14,427 bases of DNA from Candidatus Altarchaeum sp. (lineage in GTDB: Archaea > Altiarchaeota > Altiarchaeia > Altiarchaeales > Altiarchaeaceae). Positions 7,832 through 14,427 of the stretch are shown here, piece after piece. The first letter of the stretch is position 1; each line of letters begins with the position of its first letter. Under the pieces are notes generated by a model. It made no database searches and was not told where the DNA came from. It worked only from the letters and a program-made list of their open reading frames with translations. The DNA lies in assembly GCA_018260615.1 (NCBI GenBank), contig JAGWDQ010000015.1:1-14427 (forward strand), written 5' to 3'. The translations under genes were made by a program, and so were the position numbers.

Positions 7832-9100
7832 ATGAAAGATACAGGCATTAAAATTGCTGTTTACGGGCAGGGAAAGATGGGATTGCCGCTTGCTCAGGTA
7901 ATTGCTCAATATTACAAAGTTATTGGGGTTGATATTAACAAAAATTTAACTGAAAATTTAAACAAAGGAATAAATCCAATAAACGATGAACCAATGCTTA
8001 CCGAATTGCTTGAAAAAAATTTAAAATCAAAAAATTATGAAGCAACAACTGACTTTGAATATGCTGCACAAAATTCAAATATTCATATAATTTTAGTTCC
8101 TACGCTTATAAAAGAAAATAAGCCGGATTTAGGTCTTGTCAAAGATGTTGCAAAAAAGATAAAAGAGGGATTGAAGAGAGGTGATATTATAATTACTGAA
8201 TGCACGATGCCTCCGGGTTCAACTGAAATGTTAATTCCAGTTCTTGAAGAAAGCGGATTGAAATACATTGCTGACTTTGGGCTTGCTCACTGTCCCGAGC
8301 GGACGATGACCGGAACAGCAATTAGGGATATAACAGGACAATATCCTAAAATTATTGGTGCCAGTGATGAAAGAACATTAAAGATTGTTAAAGAAATTTA
8401 TGAAAAGATAAACAATAAAGGAGTAATTGTTATGTCTTCAATTGTTGCTGCTGAAATGGTTAAGGTTTTTGAGGGCTGTTACAGAGATGTAAATATTGCA
8501 CTTGCAAACGAATTAAGTTATGTTTGTGAAAAATACAAAGTTAATTCGGAAGAAATTTTTAACGCAGCAAATTCCCAGCCGTATTGCCATATTCATAAAC
8601 CGGGTTATGTCGGAGGACACTGCATCCCCTATTATCCATGGTTTGTTATTGATGAAAATACAGAACTAATGCGAACAGCAAGGAAAGTTAATGAAAATGT
8701 TATTGACCGGCTGATTATGAAAGTTATTGAGGGTTTAAATGAATGTAATGTTGCAATAAAGGACTCAAATATCCTGATTTTAGGGCTGACATTCAGGGGG
8801 GATGTTTATGAATTTGCGCATACTCCAGCAAAACCATTTATTGAAAAATTAAAAAAATTCAACCTAAATATTTATGCCTATGATCCTCTTTGTAAGGAAG
8901 AAGATTATAAGCGATTTGAAGTGGAGGAATTTAAGGACGACTTCAAAAATATTGACTGCGTTGTGATTTTAACAGATCATAAGGAATTTTATAAAATTGA
9001 CTGGAGTAAAGCAGGCAGAGAAATGAGAAATAAAGTAATAGTTGACATTAGAGGGATTGTTGATGAAAGCAAAGCAAAATTGAGTGTTCTTAAATTATAA
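7832..9100 (+). CDS. Nucleotide-sugar 6-dehydrogenase (WbpA/WecC/TviB family, UDP-N-acetylhexosamine dehydrogenase)
   Basis: GQGKMG, HCPERT, KVFEGCYRDVNIALANEL, GGHCIP (catalytic Cys), LTDHKEF. Start placed at ATG 7832, 1 nt after the upstream stop. Confidence 0.93.
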   Translation: MKDTGIKIAVYGQGKMGLPLAQVIAQYYKVIGVDINKNLTENLNKGINPINDEPMLTELLEKNLKSKNYEATTDFEYAAQNSNIHIILVPTLIKENKPDLGLVKDVAKKIKEGLKRGDIIITECTMPPGSTEMLIPVLEESGLKYIADFGLAHCPERTMTGTAIRDITGQYPKIIGASDERTLKIVKEIYEKINNKGVIVMSSIVAAEMVKVFEGCYRDVNIALANELSYVCEKYKVNSEEIFNAANSQPYCHIHKPGYVGGHCIPYYPWFVIDENTELMRTARKVNENVIDRLIMKVIEGLNECNVAIKDSNILILGLTFRGDVYEFAHTPAKPFIEKLKKFNLNIYAYDPLCKEEDYKRFEVEEFKDDFKNIDCVVILTDHKEFYKIDWSKAGREMRNKVIVDIRGIVDESKAKLSVLKL

Positions 9101-9126
9101 ATTTATTTCATTATAAAAATTTTACC

Positions 9127-9912
9127 GTGACTTCAAATAAAACGATTGCCGGCTTAATATTGTACTTATTGGTGTTAGGAATAGCAGAACTTTCCATAGC
9201 ATATTATTCCCCTGTTTTGGGCATAGTTATTCATCTGATTTTAATGTTCTTCCTGATATATTATTCCTCAATGGTTGAGAATAAAGAAAAATCAAATTTT
9301 TTAATGGCTTTGGCATTACCTTCATTATTAAGAATTATTTCTACATCTATCCCGCTCATTGTCTTTGCAAATACTGCAGTTATACAATTTTTTATAATAT
9401 ATATTCCTTTACTTGTAGCCGCCTTTCTTTTAATAAGAAGTCAAAATTTAACCAAAGCGGATGTTGGATTTACGACAAAAAAATTTTACCTGCAGTTAAT
9501 TATCGGTGCAACCGGGCTGTCATTTGGCCTTATTGAGTTTTTTATATTAAAGGAAGAAATACTTCCGCTCGTAACAATAAATTTTGCTGAAATTTTGATT
9601 TATGCAGTAATTTTAATGATTTTTACAGGGCTTACCGAAGAGTTAATATTCGGGGGAATAATATTAAGCAGAACAGATGTATTTTTCGGAAGGGATAAAC
9701 GACTGTACAGTTTAATTTTTGTCAGTGTAATATTTATGCTTTTACACGCGGGATGGAAATCAGTAACTGATTTAATTTTTGTTTTTTTTGCTGGTGTTTT
9801 TTATGGCATAATGTTCCTTAGAACAAAAAGCATTGTTGGTATTTCAATATCACACGGCATTACGAATATCATGCTGTTTATCATCCTGCCTGCCACATAT
9901 TCTTTAGGGTGA
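9127..9912 (+). CDS. CPBP (Abi/CAAX protease-like) intramembrane glutamic endopeptidase
   Basis: Multi-TM; EELIFGG (motif 1, Arg replaced), FMLLH (motif 2), HGITN (motif 3); GTG start. Confidence 0.9.
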   Translation: MTSNKTIAGLILYLLVLGIAELSIAYYSPVLGIVIHLILMFFLIYYSSMVENKEKSNFLMALALPSLLRIISTSIPLIVFANTAVIQFFIIYIPLLVAAFLLIRSQNLTKADVGFTTKKFYLQLIIGATGLSFGLIEFFILKEEILPLVTINFAEILIYAVILMIFTGLTEELIFGGIILSRTDVFFGRDKRLYSLIFVSVIFMLLHAGWKSVTDLIFVFFAGVFYGIMFLRTKSIVGISISHGITNIMLFIILPATYSLG

Positions 9913-9983
9913 TGTTTTTATATTTAATTAGTGCGTGAAAAATGAAAAAATAAATGCTCTTAATCTTTGGTTTTTAATAATTT

Positions 9984-10388
9984 TTAGATTTGTTGGGACT
10001 CGTTATAACATTTAAGTATTGAAAGGACAATGCTGATGGAGAGAATAGTTGTTATGGAAATTCATAAAAAGGCAAATATTCCAATTGTAATATCACCAAT
10101 TGCCAGATAAAAAAGATCAATAAATGCCCCGATCATAAAAGAAACCGCTACCAAGGAAAAAGATACAAAATTTTTCTCCACATATCTTGACATTCCACGC
10201 ACTTTTATATCCAAACCGACATCCCGACCATCATTATCTCTCAAAAGAAGGTTTTTTCTTCCTTCTTCATTAGAATATTTGCTATTAAGTATATTTAGAG
10301 ATAGCGACATCATAGCAAAAGACAAACCTGCAAAAATCAGCAGTGATCCAAAATACTCTCCATCGGCCAATGCAGAAAATAAAGGCAT
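9984..10388 (-). pseudogene. Small multi-TM membrane protein with in-frame TGA at 10062-10064 (108-aa ORF extends to 134 codons)
   Basis: After ...IGIFAFL* the same frame reads ISITTILSISIVLSILKCYNESQQI*, completing a TM helix cut by the stop. Confidence 0.6.
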
Positions 10389-10389
10389 T

Positions 10390-10875
10390 TTAAATTTCTT
10401 CTTTCACACAATATTTTTTCCAAATTTCCTCCATGTCCTCTTTCAAAATCTCAGCAAAATGTGGTGCATTAAAACAAATCCTGTTTTTTATGTTTTCAGA
10501 TGTTGTTTCATTCATATCATAGGGATGCGAATCTTCTATTCTTATGTGTTTATCGTCAATTATCATTATATGTCTTATCTTTTCTGTGCTTCTTTTAATC
10601 TCAATCTTTCCATTCTTTATTTCATCTTTCATCCAATCCACTGGCTTTCCCCCGTCTTTATCTATGACTATTCTGAGTTTCACACCTGTATATATTGCTT
10701 TCTCAATACTTGTTTTAATACCTCCCTCATTATAAAAACCTGAGTAAAGTCCCGTTGACATAAAGACATCTTTTTTTGCTAAAGAAAAAATTTTTGGTAT
10801 CTCATTTTTAAAATCCTTTGCTAAAACATCCTTTCCATAAGGAAGCCCCAGAACACGACGAATATTTACAATCAT
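10390..10875 (-). CDS. PLD-fold (phospholipase D/TrmB-like) domain protein with degenerate HKD motif
   Basis: SLAKKDVFMST, IEKAIYTGVKLRIVID, KIEIKR, RHIMIIDD (HxK-type Lys replaced), FNAPHFAEILKEDMEEIW follow the PLD single-domain pattern. Confidence 0.75.
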   Translation of the reverse strand: MIVNIRRVLGLPYGKDVLAKDFKNEIPKIFSLAKKDVFMSTGLYSGFYNEGGIKTSIEKAIYTGVKLRIVIDKDGGKPVDWMKDEIKNGKIEIKRSTEKIRHIMIIDDKHIRIEDSHPYDMNETTSENIKNRICFNAPHFAEILKEDMEEIWKKYCVKEEI

Positions 10876-13790
10876 TTTTGTTGAATTTTTTCATATCTCT
10901 TTACCTTTACTTTATTTTCTTCTGCCTTCTTTGCTGTTTCATCATTAGCAGTTAATAGGTCAACATTCAATTGTTTTGCTCTTGCAACATGCTCATCACC
11001 GCATTCTTTTAAGTAATTTTCACCTTTTTCATCTAAATCCGCAAATTCAAATTTATTCTTTATTTTATCTCCTATGTCCATTCCATGTATTTGGCCATAT
11101 ATCTTTTTTGAGACATAAATTTTGCTATATTTACATGATATGTTTTCAAGTTGTCCTTCTTTAATTGCTTTATTTACGGATTCTTCGTCTGCATAAATTT
11201 TCTTCTTTCTCAATAAGAGGAAAAGCAAAAGTGCTATCAATACCAGTAATAATAACAATATCCAGCAGGGCAATCCAAAGAATACACATGGACAATCTTT
11301 ACACTTTGCTGTTCCTTCAATACATCCGCATTTACAGGATGTAGGACATAAGGTTATAATCTCTTTTTGTACAACTTCGGTTTCTGCACTTGAAGATCCA
11401 TAAAAGTCCTTTGTTGCTAAAAAATTAATTTTGCCCGCATTCTCTGCAGGGAGTGAAATTTTACCATTTTCATCACTTATTTTTGTTAATTCAGTTCCAT
11501 TAGACAATGTTATCACAATAGTTGCATTTTTAATTAAAGTCCCGTTTTCATCTGTAACATTACATATTATTGTTTCATTTACATAAACACTTTTCGGACA
11601 CAAAATATTTAATTTTACCAAAAATATATTTCCTAAAAAGGTTGCATTACTATAACAACCTTTATGTGCTTTTATGTCAAATCTTCCGCTTACCCCATCA
11701 GAATTAAATTTAATCGTGCCATCTGAGGACATATAAGAAAATGTTTTATTTGGCAATGTAACATTCACAAAAACATCTTTAATTAAATTTCCATTATCAT
11801 CTTTAATTAAATATATTAAATCCTGCGTTGTTTTTACCTCGGATAATCCTTCTATATGCAAGTTGCCATAAGTTGTTGTTATTGTTTTGCTGTATTCATT
11901 TCCACAAACTCCTTTTGGAATAGTTATTGTATAAATTCCGCATCCAAACTGATAGCAAATTTCGCCATTTGCATTTGTGCTGGCATTAATATTGCTGCCG
12001 TCAGAAAGTGTCAATAATATATTTGCTGCGCTTGGCACATTTTTTGTAATGCCTGTTGTTAATTTTCCATCCTGATAGGTATTTGTTGTACATTCTATTT
12101 TAAAACAACGACTTCCGGGGGTTGTTGTATCCGAAATGTTTGTTGAAATTTGTTGTGTTGTTGTTACTTCTCCAACGGGAATTCCCTGATATTGTTGCGG
12201 ACCGCATGTTGTGCAACTTCCTCCGGTGCTAACTGTAGTTACAGCAGTGCCAACATTTACTGTTACAGTTGCACCCGAAATTCCGGGAGTTCCAAATCTA
12301 TAAGTTGTTACTCCGAACATTGCTGTTACAGTTGCTATGTTTGTTTCTGTTGATGTTAATGTTTTTGTGCAGTTGCAGAGCATTGAGTCCCCAACGGAAA
12401 GATAATTATTCGGACAAATCACCAGAGAACATTTATTATCGCTGACAGTAATATTACTTAAAGGAACATTTCCAGTATTTTTTATAGTATAATAATAAGT
12501 TACGTTTCCTCCGCCTGCCGGTAATGAATAATTACTTGCGGTTTTGCTTAAAATTATGCCTGGTGCAGGTGTAGCACTCACAATTACTTCTGCCTTAGTG
12601 CATCTGAATATTCCGGCATTTTCATTCTGGAGTGTAGCATAAACACATGCTTCGTTAGTAGTATTTGCCTTTAAAAATGCGGTTGCGTTACAGGAATATG
12701 ACGCCTCTGCTGTAAGATTGGGAATATTACATATTGTCCCAAGTTTGTCGTCTTTTATAGTTAAATCAGTTAAATTAATACAGCCATTATTTGTTACATT
12801 GTAAGTATAGGTTACATATCCTGGAGCTGATAAATTTGTTGCATTTGGTGTTTTGACAATGGATATATTTGCATAACATCCACCACAATAACTTGCACAC
12901 ACTTTAAAGCATAAACATCCCAAATCACTAATATTTACCTGCTCGTTGCCAATATAATCGCCATTTACATAAGTTCTCGAATTATTTACAGTTATATTGA
13001 AAATTTTGCAATCTTTACAGCATCCATAAGGAGTTGCAAGTAAGATAGTTCCTTGGGCAAGGATGTTATTATTAATAGTTGCATTAATTACATGTGCACC
13101 CTGTGGAAGCGTTGAATTTATAATATTTGAGTTCATAACACTATTATTTTGTAAAGTGCTGCCAGATATGTCTGAATTATTAACATTTGAACCAATTACA
13201 TTTGAATTGCTGACATTTGAATATCTGACTATTGAGTCATTTATTGTTGAATTTTCAATATAAGAACCTATTATTGTCGAATTTGAGATATTTGAATTTA
13301 AAATTTTATTAACATTAAAATATCCTGTGTTATTAGCATTTTTCCCCCCAGCACTCATACTAACTTTTATATTATACTTTCCGGCATTCCAATTATTAGG
13401 TATTTGCCAGAATATCACATAATAATAAGTATTATTACCTCCATATTGGTAGCAGTCATAATACTTTTGGGTTAATGTAACATTAATATTATGTCCACCA
13501 CAACTACGATTAATATAAATTCCAAAATCAGTTGGCAAAGAACAAGATAATGAATTTCCATCCGTTATGCTAAAATTTACAGAATCTAATAAACAATATC
13601 CCACTTCATCTACAATACTAATATTAAATTCAATTTTTACAACATCGCCCGCATTATATGTCTGATTATCCGTTATTATTGAAGATACCGAAACATCTGC
13701 CAGTGCGATATTTAAAATCAATATTGCGAATATAAGACCAAAAATTACACCTAAATTTTTTCCGTTTCTTAAAATTTTTATACTTTTCAT
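10872..13790 (-). CDS. Large single-pass surface glycoprotein: signal peptide, pentapeptide repeats, two DUF7507/DUF11-like domains, Ig-like domains, Cys-rich stalk, TM helix, cytoplasmic PIN-like domain
   Basis: Signal peptide ending ALA; about 40 N-x-S/T sequons (hand count) before the TM; VTYTYNVTNNG and VTYYYTIKNTGNVPLSNITVSD repeats; poly-Leu TM followed by RKKK; 108-aa tail with PIN-like pattern. Confidence 0.85.
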   Translation of the reverse strand: MKSIKILRNGKNLGVIFGLIFAILILNIALADVSVSSIITDNQTYNAGDVVKIEFNISIVDEVGYCLLDSVNFSITDGNSLSCSLPTDFGIYINRSCGGHNINVTLTQKYYDCYQYGGNNTYYYVIFWQIPNNWNAGKYNIKVSMSAGGKNANNTGYFNVNKILNSNISNSTIIGSYIENSTINDSIVRYSNVSNSNVIGSNVNNSDISGSTLQNNSVMNSNIINSTLPQGAHVINATINNNILAQGTILLATPYGCCKDCKIFNITVNNSRTYVNGDYIGNEQVNISDLGCLCFKVCASYCGGCYANISIVKTPNATNLSAPGYVTYTYNVTNNGCINLTDLTIKDDKLGTICNIPNLTAEASYSCNATAFLKANTTNEACVYATLQNENAGIFRCTKAEVIVSATPAPGIILSKTASNYSLPAGGGNVTYYYTIKNTGNVPLSNITVSDNKCSLVICPNNYLSVGDSMLCNCTKTLTSTETNIATVTAMFGVTTYRFGTPGISGATVTVNVGTAVTTVSTGGSCTTCGPQQYQGIPVGEVTTTQQISTNISDTTTPGSRCFKIECTTNTYQDGKLTTGITKNVPSAANILLTLSDGSNINASTNANGEICYQFGCGIYTITIPKGVCGNEYSKTITTTYGNLHIEGLSEVKTTQDLIYLIKDDNGNLIKDVFVNVTLPNKTFSYMSSDGTIKFNSDGVSGRFDIKAHKGCYSNATFLGNIFLVKLNILCPKSVYVNETIICNVTDENGTLIKNATIVITLSNGTELTKISDENGKISLPAENAGKINFLATKDFYGSSSAETEVVQKEIITLCPTSCKCGCIEGTAKCKDCPCVFFGLPCWILLLLLVLIALLLFLLLRKKKIYADEESVNKAIKEGQLENISCKYSKIYVSKKIYGQIHGMDIGDKIKNKFEFADLDEKGENYLKECGDEHVARAKQLNVDLLTANDETAKKAEENKVKVKRYEKIQQK

Positions 13791-13831
13791 TTTTAGTAAA
13801 ATAATAAATCCTTAAATTTAAATATTGAATA

Positions 13832-14116
13832 TCACAAAATGACGATAATCTTATAAAGAATTATTGATACGAATGAATAAATCAAAGGGATTATAAATAT
13901 TGTTGATGAACTAAGAAACGATGAAAGAACTCTCTGGGTTTTCGGAGATGAATTTTTTACATCTTCCTTTGCACACATTAAAATATCCCTGATAATCAAC
14001 AAGACAATTAGTCCTATAATTGCAAAAATTCCTATTGATATAATATTTGCCCCGACTGCCGCAGTTGTTGTTGTGGTAGTAGTTATTGCAGTTGTGGTTG
14101 TAACTGTTGTAATCAT
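13832..14116 (-). CDS. Small two-TM membrane protein with N-terminal poly-Thr tract
   Basis: MITTVTTTTAITTTTTTTAAVG (13 Thr in the first 18 aa) then two hydrophobic helices. Start placed at ATG 14116 because GTG 14152 lies inside the MITE. Confidence 0.8.
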   Translation of the reverse strand: MITTVTTTTAITTTTTTTAAVGANIISIGIFAIIGLIVLLIIRDILMCAKEDVKNSSPKTQRVLSSFLSSSTIFIIPLIYSFVSIILYKIIVIL

Positions 14117-14140
14117 TGTTATAACAATAAATAAATAAAG

Positions 14141-14241
14141 GTAACTACTCACAGGTTAACAAAATTTACCTATAAAACTTTCAAAAAAATACGAAAAATC
14201 AAAAAATTTACCTGTAATTTTTTGGGAGGGTGAGTAGTTAC
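14141..14241. mobile_element. 101-bp MITE with IS66-type ends
   Basis: Perfect 12-bp terminal inverted repeats GTAACTACTCAC (14141-14152) and GTGAGTAGTTAC (14230-14241); 8-bp direct repeat AAATAAAG at 14133-14140 and 14242-14249; no ORF. Confidence 0.85.
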
Positions 14242-14427
14242 AAATAAAGTTTGATATTAGATAAATATAGTGAAAATGCTAACCTTTGATACTAATACCG
14301 AACTCGTGCGCATTAAATTAAAGCATCAAAATTGATATTTTGACTATAATTAAATTTCAGATATTAAATAAATAATAAAAGTTTGATATTAAATGAATAA
14401 TAAATTAAATTTAACAAATTTAACTTT

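Noticed and set aside
379-10064. TGA reassigned to Trp or Sec (two in-frame TGAs at 379-381 and 10062-10064)
   Set aside because: TGA terminates the aminotransferase, CPBP and surface-protein genes at plausible ends, TGG is used for Trp, and no SECIS-like context was seen.
10279-10743. 154-aa + strand ORF and other short antisense ORFs in the track
   Set aside because: Shadows of better-supported genes on the opposite strand.
10872-13790. Surface protein as S-layer or hamus subunit
   Set aside because: No recognisable S-layer domain, and the C-terminal TM plus cytoplasmic domain fit a membrane-anchored protein better.
5176-14152. Longest-ORF starts at 5176, 6823, 7808 and 14152
   Set aside because: Downstream ATGs (5236, 6865, 7832, 14116) match family N-termini and give typical short overlaps; 14152 lies within the MITE.
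14249-14392. Recurrent TTGATATT motifs at the right end
   Set aside because: Low complexity and truncated by the window edge; cannot be tied to a regulator.
1-14427. tRNA or rRNA genes
   Set aside because: No cloverleaf or rRNA-like GC-rich segment seen in any intergenic region.

Overview
AT-rich archaeal chromosomal window. Archaeal-type ProRS, AT richness and dense intergenic hairpin repeats suggest Ca. Altiarchaeum or a relative (inference; no rRNA marker present). Left to right: (1) a ~1 kb non-coding field of modular, partly nested DNA hairpins; (2) proS (-), acyP (+) and a DUF1616 membrane protein (-); (3) a WbpE/D/B/A-like operon for a 2,3-diacetamido-uronic acid (+), interrupted after the aminotransferase by a perfect 5 x 48 bp tandem repeat and a DUF1016/YhcG PD-(D/E)XK nuclease, and followed by a CPBP intramembrane protease; (4) a tightly coupled minus-strand run: poly-Thr membrane protein, a 972-aa sequon-rich surface protein with one TM helix and a cytoplasmic PIN-like domain, a PLD-fold protein, and a membrane protein with an in-frame TGA; (5) a 101-bp IS66-type MITE with 8-bp target duplication. 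The two strongest leads are the receptor-like surface protein with a PIN-like tail in an operon with a PLD-fold protein, and a dispersed repeat whose conserved core folds, on one strand only, into a sheared-GA/GNA-triloop ssDNA hairpin with compensatory changes. All family assignments are by motif recognition; no searches were run.
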